Of a stretch of DNA of 64,000 bases, positions 1-12,821 are shown piece after piece. The position numbers and the translations under genes are program-made. The notes beneath the pieces were generated by a model. The model saw nothing but the letters and a program-made list of their open reading frames with translations. It ran no database searches and was not told the DNA's origin. The DNA comes from Candidatus Latescibacterota bacterium (GTDB lineage: Bacteria; Latescibacterota; UBA2968): NCBI GenBank assembly GCA_965205975.1, contig OZ242195.1, forward strand, positions 4,160,001-4,224,000, given 5' to 3'. Position 1 is the first letter of the stretch, and each line of letters opens with the position of its first letter.

Positions 1-302
1 AGTATCGGGCTGGTGGGACATCCGAGCCGGTTTCCGCAGGTGATGCCATTCGCCAGTTGGCGGATAACCTGGGAATTGCGGAAAAATTGAGAGAACAGCG
101 CGTGTTGTCACTCTGGGAAGAAATTGTGGGTGAAGATATAGCTGCTGTAACGCAAGCTGAAGGCTTTCGGGGGGGGCAATTAACGGTCTCAGTACAAAAC
201 CCCACCTGGCGGCACTGGTTGATCTTTCAACGCGAGAATATACGTCAAAATTTGAACCGCGAGGTTGGCGGTGAGGTTGTAAAAATAATCAGATTACAAT
301 AG
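1..302 (+). CDS. dciA: DUF721/DciA family replicative helicase loader (5' partial)
   Basis: Frame is open from position 3 (..EPVSAGDAIRQLADNLG..WEEIVGEDIA..LTVSVQNPTWRHWL), a typical DUF721 pattern, in its usual position just before gyrB. Confidence 0.8.
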   Translation, partial: YRAGGTSEPVSAGDAIRQLADNLGIAEKLREQRVLSLWEEIVGEDIAAVTQAEGFRGGQLTVSVQNPTWRHWLIFQRENIRQNLNREVGGEVVKIIRLQ

Positions 303-2267
<1,965 letters not shown>

Positions 2268-2312
2268 AAACTGGCGACTGGCGACAGATAACACCAAGGA
2301 GACGATAAGACA

Positions 2313-4886
2313 ATGTTGATAGAACGATCGCGAGTGATCCCTGTTGAAATTGGTGATGAGTTGAAAAAGTCCATGCTCGATTATTCGATGAGCACGCTGG
2401 TCAATCGCGCATTGCCGGATGTGCGCGATGGGATGAAGCCATCGCAAAGACGCATTTTGGTGGCGATGAATGACCTCGGCCTGGGCGCAAACCGTCAGCA
2501 TCGAAAATGCGCTCATATTGCCGGTCATGCCTCGGGCAATTATCATCCGCACGGTGAAGACATTGTCTATCCAACGCTGGTGCATCTGGCGCAGGATTTT
2601 AAGTTGCGTTATCCACTCGTAGATGGACAGGGTAATTTTGGCTCCATCGACGGGTATCCACCCGCTGCAATGCGCTACACAGAAGCGCGTATGGCCGGAC
2701 CGGGGCAGGAGATGTTGAACGACCTCGAGAAAGAGACTGTTGATTATCGCCCCAACTACGACGAGCGCCTGGAAGAACCCAAAGTATTGCCTTCTGCGTT
2801 TCCAAACATGGTCTGCAACGGTGCTGTAGGCATTGCCACGACAATGGCGACGGCAATCCCACCGCACAATTTGCAGGAGGTCGCCGATGGCCTTGTCGCA
2901 TTGATCGATAATCCCGAATTGGATATTGTTGAGTTGATGGAATATATCAAAGCACCCGACTTTCCAACCGGTGGCATCATTTATGGTATAGGTGGCGTTT
3001 TAGACGCCTATCAGACGGGACGCGGACATCTGCGGATCCGGGCAAAAGCCGATATAGAAGAAGACAAAACCGGTCGAGAAACCATTATCATCACAGAAAT
3101 CCCCTATATGGTGAACAAGACAACGCTATTGGAAAAAATGGCGGATCTGGTGCGCGAAAAACGCATTGAAGGGATTTCAAATATTCAGGATGAATCCGAC
3201 CGCGATGGGCTGCGCATCGTGGTGGAACTCAAACGCGATGTAGTCGGGGATGTGATCCTGAATCAGCTCTACAAAAACACCCAATTGGAAACGACATTTG
3301 CGGCCAATATGGTTGCACTGGTCAACGGCCGGCCACAACAAGTGACCTTGAAGCACATGTTACAGTGCTATATCGACCACCGCCACGATGTCGTAAAGCG
3401 ACGCACAGAATACGAACTGCGAGTAGCTGAAGATCGCGCACATATCCTGGAAGGATTGATAATCGCGCAGGACAATATTGACGAAGTAATCCGCATTATC
3501 CGCGGGTCAGCAGATCCCAATGAAGCGCGGCGTGCGTTGACGGCACAACTCGAATTATCTGAACGCCAGACACAGGCCATTCTGTCCATGACATTGCAGC
3601 GATTGACCAACATGGAGCAACAAAAGATAGAAGATGAATACTCCGACCTGACGCAAGAGATTGAACGCTTGCGCTCTATTCTGGACAACCGCGAATCGCG
3701 CATGCAAATTGTCAAAGACGAATTGGATGTGATGCGCGAAAAGTACGGCGACGAGCGGCGGTCAGAAATCGTGTTCTCGGCTTCTGAGTTCAGTATTGAA
3801 GATTTGATCCACGAAGAAGATATGGTCATTACAATTTCTCACAACGGGTATATCAAACGCATTCCCGTATCCACCTATCGCGCACAAAACCGCGGCGGTC
3901 GCGGAATCACGGGGATGAGAACAAAAGATGAAGATTTTGTAGAAAGCTTGTTCGTGGCTTCCACGCACAGTTATATCCTCGTATTGACAGACCGCGGGCA
4001 CTGTGTGTGGTTAAAAGTCCATGAAATTCCACGGGGTACGCGTCAAGCGCGCGGTCGGCCCATTGTCAATGTGGTAGATATTCCCTTTGGGCATAAAGTC
4101 GCCGAGGTCGTGCCAGTGCGCGAATTTGATGAAGACCGCTATCTGCTGTCTATAACCCAAAAGGGGCTAACAAAAAAGACCGCGCTATCGGCTTATAGTC
4201 GCCCGCGCAAGGGTGGCATTATTGCGATGAATGTGCGGGAAGACGATCAGCTAATCAAAGCCGCGGTTACAGGGGGTAACGACCGGGTGATCATTGCCAC
4301 AAAGCACGGACAAGCTGTGTACTTTGACGAAAACAAGGTGCGGGCTATGGGGCGCAACTCACAGGGAGTGCGCGGCGTGTCTTTGCAAGGGGATGATGTG
4401 GTGGTGGGCATGGTGGTCATTAATCCTGAAAATGTCGAGCAGTCTCATTTATTGACCGTCTGTGCCAATGGATATGGCAAGCGCTCGCCGATTTCGGAGT
4501 ATCGCCTGACAAACCGGGGTGGTAAAGGCGTGATCAACATCAAGACCACAGATCGCAATGGTCCCGTGGTATCGGTGATGGGTGTGACGGAAGACAGCCG
4601 CGACGATATGGTGATTGTGACACAAAATGGCATCTTGATCCGACAAAAAGTAGCGGACGTGAGCGTGATAGGGCGCAATACGCAGGGCGTGCGTCTGATC
4701 AACCCGGATGACGGCGACCGGGTAATCGATGTGGCACAGGTCAGCCAGGATGAGGAAGAAGGCGAAACCGCCATGGACGCGACATCTGAAGAAGTAAGTG
4801 AAAGTGAAGATGAGAACACTGCTGAGGAAAACGGAACGATGAAGACGTTATGGCGCGAGGTGCAAAAGCGAACGGGATGGAAGTAA
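2313..4886 (+). CDS. gyrA: DNA gyrase subunit A
   Basis: RALPDVRDG, YHPHG, catalytic AAMRYTE, GyrA box QNRGGRG, C-terminal beta-pinwheel repeats, acidic tail. Confidence 0.98.
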   Translation: MLIERSRVIPVEIGDELKKSMLDYSMSTLVNRALPDVRDGMKPSQRRILVAMNDLGLGANRQHRKCAHIAGHASGNYHPHGEDIVYPTLVHLAQDFKLRYPLVDGQGNFGSIDGYPPAAMRYTEARMAGPGQEMLNDLEKETVDYRPNYDERLEEPKVLPSAFPNMVCNGAVGIATTMATAIPPHNLQEVADGLVALIDNPELDIVELMEYIKAPDFPTGGIIYGIGGVLDAYQTGRGHLRIRAKADIEEDKTGRETIIITEIPYMVNKTTLLEKMADLVREKRIEGISNIQDESDRDGLRIVVELKRDVVGDVILNQLYKNTQLETTFAANMVALVNGRPQQVTLKHMLQCYIDHRHDVVKRRTEYELRVAEDRAHILEGLIIAQDNIDEVIRIIRGSADPNEARRALTAQLELSERQTQAILSMTLQRLTNMEQQKIEDEYSDLTQEIERLRSILDNRESRMQIVKDELDVMREKYGDERRSEIVFSASEFSIEDLIHEEDMVITISHNGYIKRIPVSTYRAQNRGGRGITGMRTKDEDFVESLFVASTHSYILVLTDRGHCVWLKVHEIPRGTRQARGRPIVNVVDIPFGHKVAEVVPVREFDEDRYLLSITQKGLTKKTALSAYSRPRKGGIIAMNVREDDQLIKAAVTGGNDRVIIATKHGQAVYFDENKVRAMGRNSQGVRGVSLQGDDVVVGMVVINPENVEQSHLLTVCANGYGKRSPISEYRLTNRGGKGVINIKTTDRNGPVVSVMGVTEDSRDDMVIVTQNGILIRQKVADVSVIGRNTQGVRLINPDDGDRVIDVAQVSQDEEEGETAMDATSEEVSESEDENTAEENGTMKTLWREVQKRTGWK

Positions 4887-4913
4887 ACAACACACTTTTG
4901 AACTGAAATACGC

Positions 4914-4950
4914 AGCGGCAGAGAGTTTTTTCTGCCGCTTTTTTGTTTTT
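4914..4950 (+). terminator. Intrinsic terminator after gyrA
   Basis: AGCGGCAGA...TCTGCCGCT stem followed by a T-run, between convergent gyrA and hom. Confidence 0.8.
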
Positions 4951-4958
4951 TCATCCTC

Positions 4959-6254
4959 TTATGGATGCAAAATGCGAATGCTCTGCGGTTTTTCTGTCAC
5001 AGCGGGCAAATTCCCGATGCGCGTGATGGCACGTTGCATTGCGGATTCGGGAGCATCGTGCGTGATCATGATCAGAGGAACTGTGCCACCTTCTGTTTCC
5101 GAGCGCCCGTGCTGAATAACGGTTTCTATGCTAATATTCTCACCGGCAAAGAGTGCTGCAACCTGCGCCAGAACCCCGGGTTTGTCGTAAACGGTAAGCC
5201 TACAATAGCTGCCGGTCTGAATATCGCCGATGGGAACGCGGTCGGCCTCGGGCAGCGGAGCAAGTGGTGCTCCCGCAGGACCAAGACCGGCTTTGCGCCG
5301 CTCGGCAATGGCGACGAGATCGGCAATCACCGCGCTGGCTGTGGGCAATTCGCCGGCACCTTTGCCGTAAAAGACCTGAGCGTCAACCGCACTGCCGACA
5401 ATTTCCACAGCGTTAAATTCATTGCGTATATCGGCCAGGAGTGCATCGTGAGGCACAAAGGCGGGATGCACGCGCGCTTCAATGCGACTGCCCACCACGC
5501 TGGCTATGCCGAGCAATTTGATGGTATAGCCAAGTTCGCGGGCAAAATCGATATCTAATGCGGTAATATGAGAGATGCCCTCTTTGAGAATATCGCCGGA
5601 CGAGACGCGCTGGCGAAACGCAAGGCGACAGAGAAGCGCGAGCTTTTGAGCCGCATCCGTGCCGTCGATATCCATAGTGGGATCGGCTTCTGCAAACCCT
5701 TTGTCCTGTGCTTCTTTCAGCATGGGATCAAAATCCTCTCCGGCTTCTGTCATGCGGGTGAGGATGTAGTTGGTCGTGCCGTTGAGGATACCGTAGAGCG
5801 ATTGAATATTGTTGGCCACCAGACCCTGGCTGAGTGTTTGGATAATGGGAATGCCGCCACAGACGCTGGCCTCAAAGCCGAGTCCAACATTGTTTTGAAC
5901 CGCTGCCTCAAAGAGGCTGTCGCCGCGTTCGGCAAGAAGGGCTTTGTTCGCCGTAACCACATCTTTGCCATTTTGAAGCGCCGCGAGAACGAGATCATAA
6001 GCCGCATCAACACCGCCCATCACCTCGACCACAATCTGGATTGCAGGGTCGGCGACCACATCCATGGGATTGGTCGTAAAACGGTCAGAAGGCAAGTCAA
6101 TTGCGCGAGGTTTGGACAGATCGCGCACAGCGATTTTGCGAATGTCGAGGTCAAGACCCCGAACGTGTTTAAATTCATGGTCGCGATCACGCAAAATACG
6201 TGCCACGCCGCCACCGACAACACCCATGCCAATCAAGCCGATACCAATTGCCAC
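4959..6254 (-). CDS. hom: Homoserine dehydrogenase with C-terminal ACT domain
   Basis: GxGxVG, VTANKA, EASVCGGIP, NGTTNYIL, AEADPT, GAG motifs; ACT motif DKPGVLAQV. Confidence 0.95.
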   Translation of the reverse strand: MAIGIGLIGMGVVGGGVARILRDRDHEFKHVRGLDLDIRKIAVRDLSKPRAIDLPSDRFTTNPMDVVADPAIQIVVEVMGGVDAAYDLVLAALQNGKDVVTANKALLAERGDSLFEAAVQNNVGLGFEASVCGGIPIIQTLSQGLVANNIQSLYGILNGTTNYILTRMTEAGEDFDPMLKEAQDKGFAEADPTMDIDGTDAAQKLALLCRLAFRQRVSSGDILKEGISHITALDIDFARELGYTIKLLGIASVVGSRIEARVHPAFVPHDALLADIRNEFNAVEIVGSAVDAQVFYGKGAGELPTASAVIADLVAIAERRKAGLGPAGAPLAPLPEADRVPIGDIQTGSYCRLTVYDKPGVLAQVAALFAGENISIETVIQHGRSETEGGTVPLIMITHDAPESAMQRAITRIGNLPAVTEKPQSIRILHP

Positions 6255-6360
6255 TTTTGCCTCATAAAGTTAGAGATGAAAATTTTTGCGTTTTTCTTTA
6301 TACTGTCAAACTCTTAAAGTGTATCCTAACGTCTTTCTCTTGTCAAGAAAAGGATTCGAT

Positions 6361-7443
6361 ATGGGTGATCTGCCAAAAACAATGCCCGTAGTAATGTGCC
6401 GCGCGCCCGAAGATTATCGCCTGGAAGAATACGCAGTACCCCAGATAGAGGCGGGAGAGGTTCTACTTCGCGTGCAATCGGTCGGTATATGTGCAAGCGA
6501 TTTAAAGTGCTATTTGGGAGCACCCATGTTTTGGGGCGATTCCCACCGCGAGGGCTATTGCCAGGCACCGATTATTCCCGGGCACGAATTTGTGGGAGAG
6601 GTCGTAGCACTCGGTGACGGAGCTGGTAACAAATATGGATTGGCGATTGGCGACCTCGCCGTATCGGAGCAAATCGTGCCGTGCGGCGCGTGTCGTTATT
6701 GCTTGCGCGGGCAATACTGGATGTGCATGGTACACGATATTTACGGCTTTCGCCAGGCGACCTTTGGCGCAATGGCCGAATATTGCAGGTTGCCTGCTAA
6801 AGCCCTGAATTATCGCGTGCCAAAATCCATACCCGCCGCGCATGCAGCGTATGTAGAACCCCTCGCCTGTGCGATTCACGCGGTCGAACGCGGCAATATC
6901 CAGTTAAATGACACAGTCGTCATTGCCGGCGCGGGACCACTGGGCCTGGGTATGGTCGCTGCTGCGCGAATGAAGAATCCCGCTTTGCTGATTGCGTTAG
7001 ACCTGAGTGATAGACGTCTAAAAATAGCCAGAGCGTGTGGGGCGGATCTGGGGCTGAATCCAAATTCGGTGGATGTGGTTGACGAAGTCCATAAATTGAC
7101 AGAAGGTTATGGTTGCGATGTGTATATCGAGGCGACCGGGCATCCCGCGGCAGTGGAACAGGGACTGCTCATGATTTGCAAACTCGGCACATTTGTCGAA
7201 TTCAGCGTGATGCGCGAACCCGTGACAACGGACTGGACGATTATTGGCGACACAAAAGAACTCAATATTCACGGCGCTCATTTAAGTCCCCATTCCTATC
7301 CCATTGCCATTCGAATGCTCGAACAGGGTCTCCTCCCAATGGACCAGATCGTAACCCATCAATTGCCACTTGAGGATTTTCACAAGGGCATGGACCTCGT
7401 CGCAGACGGAACGCAGTCCGTAAAGGTGACATTGAGACCGTAA
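6361..7443 (+). CDS. Zinc-dependent polyol/alcohol dehydrogenase (MDR family)
   Basis: GICASD, GHEFVG, CxxCxxC...C structural zinc site, GAGPLG; start placed at ATG 6361. Confidence 0.88.
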   Translation: MGDLPKTMPVVMCRAPEDYRLEEYAVPQIEAGEVLLRVQSVGICASDLKCYLGAPMFWGDSHREGYCQAPIIPGHEFVGEVVALGDGAGNKYGLAIGDLAVSEQIVPCGACRYCLRGQYWMCMVHDIYGFRQATFGAMAEYCRLPAKALNYRVPKSIPAAHAAYVEPLACAIHAVERGNIQLNDTVVIAGAGPLGLGMVAAARMKNPALLIALDLSDRRLKIARACGADLGLNPNSVDVVDEVHKLTEGYGCDVYIEATGHPAAVEQGLLMICKLGTFVEFSVMREPVTTDWTIIGDTKELNIHGAHLSPHSYPIAIRMLEQGLLPMDQIVTHQLPLEDFHKGMDLVADGTQSVKVTLRP

Positions 7444-7454
7444 TGGAGAACAAC

Positions 7455-8234
7455 ATGTCAGAAATATATGTAATGGATTTATTTCGATTAGACGGAAAGG
7501 TCGCGTTAATCACCGGGGGATCCAAAGGATTGGGCGCATCAATGGCGATGGGATTGGCGCAGGCCGGTGCAAAAACCGTCATTTGCTCGCGGACGCAGGC
7601 AGATTGTGACCGCGTGGCCTCAGAGATCGCAGATGAAACACGGCAAGAAAGTCTCGGTATCGCTGGAGATGTAACCCGTGAAAAAGACGTGGATCGGGTA
7701 TTTGATACCGTCATCGAGAAATACGGCAAGCTGGACGTGTTGATCAACAGCGCGGGGATTAATATTCGGCATCCCGTAGAGGAGTTTCCCCTCGACGAGT
7801 TTAAGCAAGTGATCGATATCAATCTGACCGGCGTATGGTTGTGTTGCCGTGCGGCCGCCCGGGTTATGAAGCCCCAGGGATCGGGGTCAGTGGTGAACAT
7901 CGCGTCGGCATTAAGCGGCGTCGGGTTAAGAGAGCGCTCGGCCTATTGTTCGTCAAAAGCGGGATTAATCGGCATGACTAAAACGATGGCTCTGGAGTGG
8001 GCCGAGTCCAATGTGCGGTGCAATGCCCTGTGTCCCGGACCCTTTTTAACAGAGATCAATGTGCCGCTTCTCAAGACGCCCGAGAAAGTGAAGTCGTTGT
8101 TGGAATTGACGGCATTAAATCGCTGGGCCGAATTGCATGAAATTCGTGGCGCAGCCTTATTTTTGGCGAGCGATGCCTCCAGCTTTATGACGGGAGCATC
8201 GCTATATGTGGATGGCGGATGGAACGCGCAGTAA
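7455..8234 (+). CDS. SDR family oxidoreductase
   Basis: TGGSKGLG, NSAG, YCSSK, VDGG; GGAG RBS favours ATG 7455 over 7443. Confidence 0.9.
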   Translation: MSEIYVMDLFRLDGKVALITGGSKGLGASMAMGLAQAGAKTVICSRTQADCDRVASEIADETRQESLGIAGDVTREKDVDRVFDTVIEKYGKLDVLINSAGINIRHPVEEFPLDEFKQVIDINLTGVWLCCRAAARVMKPQGSGSVVNIASALSGVGLRERSAYCSSKAGLIGMTKTMALEWAESNVRCNALCPGPFLTEINVPLLKTPEKVKSLLELTALNRWAELHEIRGAALFLASDASSFMTGASLYVDGGWNAQ

Positions 8235-8259
8235 ACCACCAAAGTGAAGGAAAATCACA

Positions 8260-8718
8260 GTGATAGAAAAAATCAACGAATCGGAAATAGAGGAAAAATC
8301 GCGCCAATCGCACACGGGCAAATACGGTTTGTGTTGGAAGGATATTTCCGGAGCATTAGAAACCACGGGACAACCCTTTGAGGTCGAATGGGTGCGATTG
8401 CCGCCGGGAAAGATAAATTTTCCGTGCCACGCGCACCAGGTACAGTGGGAATTTTATATCGTGCTCCGAGGCCAGGGTGCCGTGCGCCGAAATGATCACA
8501 CATTTGAGGTGGGAGTAGGCGATGCATTCGTTCAACCACCCGGCACCGCGCATCAGATTCGCAACACAAGTGCGACAGAGGACTTGATTTATTATGTCAT
8601 TGCCGACAATCCCGTAAGTGACCCGGTCTATTATCCGGACTCGGATAAATGGGCGATCCGTCCACCAGGCAAATTGGGCCGCCTGACCGAGACGGACTAT
8701 TACGATGGGGAAGAATAG
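8260..8718 (+). CDS. Cupin domain protein
   Basis: HAHQVQWEFY...G and PPGTAHQIRN cupin motifs; YYPDSDK tail. Confidence 0.85.
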   Translation: MIEKINESEIEEKSRQSHTGKYGLCWKDISGALETTGQPFEVEWVRLPPGKINFPCHAHQVQWEFYIVLRGQGAVRRNDHTFEVGVGDAFVQPPGTAHQIRNTSATEDLIYYVIADNPVSDPVYYPDSDKWAIRPPGKLGRLTETDYYDGEE

Positions 8719-8732
8719 AGGAAAGGAGCAAT

Positions 8733-10145
8733 ATGGACAGACCAAATTTTATGTTGATAACAGCAGATGACATGAACTGGGATGCAGTGGGGGCGTTTGG
8801 TTGCCCAACAGCGGGGACGACCCCAAATATTGACCGATTAGCTGGGGGGGGATTGCGGTTTAACCACGGACATGTGACAATTGCAGTATGCCAACCGAGC
8901 CGCTCGGCATTGATGACCGGGCGCTATCCGCATCTCAGCGGGGGCGAGGGCTTTTATCACTTGCGACACGAAGGCGTCCCCATTCTACCCGATATTTTGC
9001 GCGGTGAGGGCTATGACGTGGGCATTTTAGGCAAGGTGCCGCACTCGACGCCTTATGCGGCATTTCAATGGGACATGGCGCATGATCAGATCAATTTGGG
9101 GCAGGGACGAAATCCCGATGCGTATTATCAGCATGCAAAAAGCTTTGTTCAATCTGCCGTAGATGGCGACCGCCCATTTTTCCTCATGGCAAATTCCCAC
9201 GATCCACACCGCCCGTTTTACGGCAATGACAAGCCCGAATGGTACAGCGAACTCGACCCGCCTGCGGTGCCCCCCTCGCGCACATTTGATCCAGAAGAAG
9301 TGGTCATTCCCGAGTTCTTGCCCGATCTACCGGATGTGCGTCTGGAAATAGCCGAGTATTACAACTCTGTTCGCCGCTGTGATGATACCGTAGGCAGATT
9401 GCTCGATGTATTAGACGAAGCGGGCGTGGCGGAGGACACACTGATAATGTTCTTATCCGACAATGGCATGGCATTCCCCTTCGCAAAAACAAATTGTTAC
9501 TTAAACAGCACGCGCACACCCTTTTTGGCGCGATGGCCCGCGGTTATTCAAGCCGGACGCGTGGATACCGAGCATTTTATTTCCGGGGTAGATTATTTAC
9601 CCACAGTACTGGATGCGATTGGGGTAGATATCCCGGACGGCGTCAATGGCAAATCGCGTTTGCCCGTATTGCGGGGTGAAAAACAGGATGGATGCGAACA
9701 AGTGTTCACGCAATTTCACCAGACTTCGGGACGGCGCAATTACCCGATGCGATGCGTGCAAAATACGCGGTTCGGCTATATCTTCAATCCCTGGTCTGAT
9801 GGCGAACGAGAATTTCGAAATGAATCCCAGAATGGTCGGTCCTGGCAGGCGATGAAAGAAGCAGAAGCCAACGACCCGGAATTGGCTGCGCGAAACCATT
9901 TGTTCAGCTATCGCGTACTCGAAGAATTTTACGATTTTGAGAACGACCCCAACGCGCTGAACAACCTGATTGACGACCCCAACTATGCCGATGAAATCCA
10001 AGGCTTGAGAAACGCACTCGATGAATGGATGGTGGAAACAAACGATCCGACGCTCAAAGCATTTCGCGGTCGCACATCGCGGCAGGCACTCGACGATCTG
10101 ATGGACCACCTCGCGGATACAATTGGAAAACGCCCCAATGAGTAA
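8733..10145 (+). CDS. Sulfatase (sulfamidase-like)
   Basis: PNFMLITADD, CQPSRSALMTGRY, DPHRP, SDNG; RBS AAGGAG before ATG 8733. Confidence 0.9.
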   Translation: MDRPNFMLITADDMNWDAVGAFGCPTAGTTPNIDRLAGGGLRFNHGHVTIAVCQPSRSALMTGRYPHLSGGEGFYHLRHEGVPILPDILRGEGYDVGILGKVPHSTPYAAFQWDMAHDQINLGQGRNPDAYYQHAKSFVQSAVDGDRPFFLMANSHDPHRPFYGNDKPEWYSELDPPAVPPSRTFDPEEVVIPEFLPDLPDVRLEIAEYYNSVRRCDDTVGRLLDVLDEAGVAEDTLIMFLSDNGMAFPFAKTNCYLNSTRTPFLARWPAVIQAGRVDTEHFISGVDYLPTVLDAIGVDIPDGVNGKSRLPVLRGEKQDGCEQVFTQFHQTSGRRNYPMRCVQNTRFGYIFNPWSDGEREFRNESQNGRSWQAMKEAEANDPELAARNHLFSYRVLEEFYDFENDPNALNNLIDDPNYADEIQGLRNALDEWMVETNDPTLKAFRGRTSRQALDDLMDHLADTIGKRPNE

Positions 10146-10161
10146 CAGGAGGATTTTAGTC

Positions 10162-10452
10162 ATGCAAAAGGACAAACTCGCGGAAACTGTTGCGGAGCAA
10201 GGCTTGAAATACGGCGATATGCTCCGGGATCTGGGCACTTATTTTTTGCGAAATCCGAAACGATTCAAATTTGCACTAAACCGCATGTCCCACAGACTCG
10301 ATACCCGCGAAATTGCGCAGTTACAAAAATTGAGTCGGGATCGAAAGATCGAAAATTCCGGAACATTTGAAGATCGGTTTGAGGAAATTTGCTGGGCAAA
10401 AGATCCCGAGGAAAAACGCGAACTGGTGCGGCGGATGCTCCGGCACATGTAA
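10162..10452 (+). CDS. Hypothetical protein (96 aa)
   Basis: AGGAGG RBS before ATG 10162; fills the gap between two co-oriented sulfatases. Confidence 0.6.
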   Translation: MQKDKLAETVAEQGLKYGDMLRDLGTYFLRNPKRFKFALNRMSHRLDTREIAQLQKLSRDRKIENSGTFEDRFEEICWAKDPEEKRELVRRMLRHM

Positions 10453-10467
10453 TTATAAGGAGATGAA

Positions 10468-11739
10468 ATGGCACAGTTGCCAAATATCTTGATAATCCTG
10501 GGCGATGATCACGGTTACGGCGATATCTCAGCGCATCGGGGACCGCATATTCAAACGCCAAATATCGATCGCATTGCTGAAAACGGCATTCGCTTGACGC
10601 AGTTCTACGCAAATTCATCCGTATGTTCCCCCAGTCGCGCAGCATTGATGACGGGGCGATATCCAGATCGGGTCGGCGTGCCTGGCGTGATTCGCACGTA
10701 CCCCGAGAGCAATTGGGGCTATTTCAGTCGCGATGCCATAACACTGCCATCAATGCTCAAACAAAAAGACTATCACACATCCATCATTGGAAAATGGCAT
10801 CTGGGCCTCGAGCCAGAAAACCATCCGTGTAAGCGCGGGTTTGATCATTTCCACGGTTTTTTGGGCGACATGATGGACGACTATTACACGCATTTGCGGC
10901 ACGACCAGAATTACATGCGGAAAGATCTCGAGGTAATTGATCCGCGAGGACACGCGACGGATTTGTTTACAGAATGGGCGATAGACGTGATTCGCGGACA
11001 CGCGCATTCGTCACAACCGTTCTTCCTCTATCTGGCTTATAATGCGCCGCACACACCCATTCAACCGCCAGAAGAATGGATTGAACGGGTGCGCCAGCGC
11101 GAGCCTGATGCCTCGCCCGAACGGGTGAAATACATCGCACTGGTCGAACACATGGATGCGGGCATTGGTCGGGTCATAGACGGGCTCGAGAACACCGGAC
11201 AACTCTCCAATACACTTGTGGTTTACACGTCAGACAATGGCGGACAGTTAAATGTGGGCGCGACCAACGGTGATCTAAAAGGCGGAAAAGGACAGATGTA
11301 TGAAGGTGGCATTCGAGTACCTGCCTGTGCAATGTGGGCAGATGGAATCGAAAAAGGCCTGGTATGTGACAACGTTGCGATGCTAATGGACCTGTTTCCC
11401 ACAGCCTGCGATATAGCAGGTGCATCGGTCAACCATGAGATTGAGGGACTGTCTATTTTACCAACGCTGAGAGGAGAAAACCAGGATTTCTCTGATCGCG
11501 CGATGTACTGGGTGCGAAAAGACGGGGGCCACTCCTTTCTCGGACTAAACCAGCACGCTGTTCGACGCGGCAATATCAAATTGCTGCACAACAGTCCTTT
11601 TGAACCACTGGAACTTTATGACCTGGGCAATGATCCTCAAGAGACATCCGATCGGGCAAAAATAGGCGCATTTCGGGAAATGGGTGAGTTGTTGCAGACG
11701 GAAATGCAGCAAAACGGCAGTGTGCCCTGGCAGTCTTAA
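10468..11739 (+). CDS. Arylsulfatase-family protein
   Basis: PNILIILGDD, CSPSRAALMTGRY, GKWHLG, APHTP, SDNGG, YEGGIRVP. Confidence 0.92.
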   Translation: MAQLPNILIILGDDHGYGDISAHRGPHIQTPNIDRIAENGIRLTQFYANSSVCSPSRAALMTGRYPDRVGVPGVIRTYPESNWGYFSRDAITLPSMLKQKDYHTSIIGKWHLGLEPENHPCKRGFDHFHGFLGDMMDDYYTHLRHDQNYMRKDLEVIDPRGHATDLFTEWAIDVIRGHAHSSQPFFLYLAYNAPHTPIQPPEEWIERVRQREPDASPERVKYIALVEHMDAGIGRVIDGLENTGQLSNTLVVYTSDNGGQLNVGATNGDLKGGKGQMYEGGIRVPACAMWADGIEKGLVCDNVAMLMDLFPTACDIAGASVNHEIEGLSILPTLRGENQDFSDRAMYWVRKDGGHSFLGLNQHAVRRGNIKLLHNSPFEPLELYDLGNDPQETSDRAKIGAFREMGELLQTEMQQNGSVPWQS

Positions 11740-11837
11740 AACAGTGCAGAGAACAATGTAGAGATAGTGCCTCTCGCCCGTCCAGGGGGTTGCTGGGCGG
11801 GATTCGTCTATTCGTTGATTCGCTTGGAGGTTGTAAA

Positions 11838-12809
11838 ATGGCAATAAAAATGGTATTGCAGCGGGCGCTGGAAGATGAATACATGCAACAGATCCGCGAC
11901 CTGGGTGTAGAAACTGTAGTCGTGAAATCTCAAGAGGACTTATTATCCGAAATTGGCGATGCAGATGCCTATTTCGGCGGCATGACACCGCAGATTTTGA
12001 AAGCGGCGAAAAAACTGCGGTGGGTGCAGGCGACGAGTGCCGGGCTGGATGGCTATTACTTTCCAGAACTGCGAGAAAGCGATTTGACGGTAACGAATAT
12101 CCGCGGGATATACAGCGATGTGATCGCCGATCATGTATTTTCAATGCTCATGGCATTTGCCCGCGGATTGCATCACTATATTCGCAATCAGTCAGAGGGA
12201 AAATGGGAAAAAGACGCGCCGGTCATCCATCTTGCGGGAACGACATTGGGCGTCGTCGGTTTGGGAGGCATTGGTCTGGCTGTTGCCGAGCGAGGCCCGA
12301 CATTTGGCATGCGCGTGTTGGGAATGGATCCAGCCCCAAAGGGAAAACCCGATTTTATCGCGCGTATTTATTCCCCAGATGAACTTTCGGATATGGTCGG
12401 AGAGTCGGATTTTGTGGTAATTTGCGTACCGCATACAGCACAGACCGAAGGGTTATTCGACACGGATATGTTTCGCGCAATGAAAAATACGGGCATTCTG
12501 ATAAATATCGGCCGCGGCAAGGTAGTCCAATTGCACGCACTGACCAGCGCATTGCAATCCGGGCAAATCGGCGGTGCAGGACTCGATGTCTATGAAGAGG
12601 AACCACTGCCGCAAGATCACGCCCTGTGGTCCATGGAAAATGTAATTTTGACGCCGCATGTGGCTGGTGTTTCGCCCGAAATTGACAAGCGCAGAAAGGC
12701 ATTAATCGTGGAAAATGTGCGTCGATTCTGCGCCGGAGAACCCCTGTTAAACGTAGTGGATAATCAGAGGGGCTATGTCGTGGATGCGACATCGATTTGG
12801 AAGACATAA
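11838..12809 (+). CDS. D-2-hydroxyacid dehydrogenase
   Basis: GLGGIG, INIGRG, DVYEEEPL, TPHVAG; RBS GGAGG before ATG 11838. Confidence 0.9.
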   Translation: MAIKMVLQRALEDEYMQQIRDLGVETVVVKSQEDLLSEIGDADAYFGGMTPQILKAAKKLRWVQATSAGLDGYYFPELRESDLTVTNIRGIYSDVIADHVFSMLMAFARGLHHYIRNQSEGKWEKDAPVIHLAGTTLGVVGLGGIGLAVAERGPTFGMRVLGMDPAPKGKPDFIARIYSPDELSDMVGESDFVVICVPHTAQTEGLFDTDMFRAMKNTGILINIGRGKVVQLHALTSALQSGQIGGAGLDVYEEEPLPQDHALWSMENVILTPHVAGVSPEIDKRRKALIVENVRRFCAGEPLLNVVDNQRGYVVDATSIWKT

Positions 12810-12821
12810 AGAGAGGAAAAA

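Noticed and set aside
2313..4886. Possibility that this is parC because of the divergent QRDR
   Set aside because: The GyrA box QNRGGRG, full pinwheel and dciA-gyrB context indicate gyrase.
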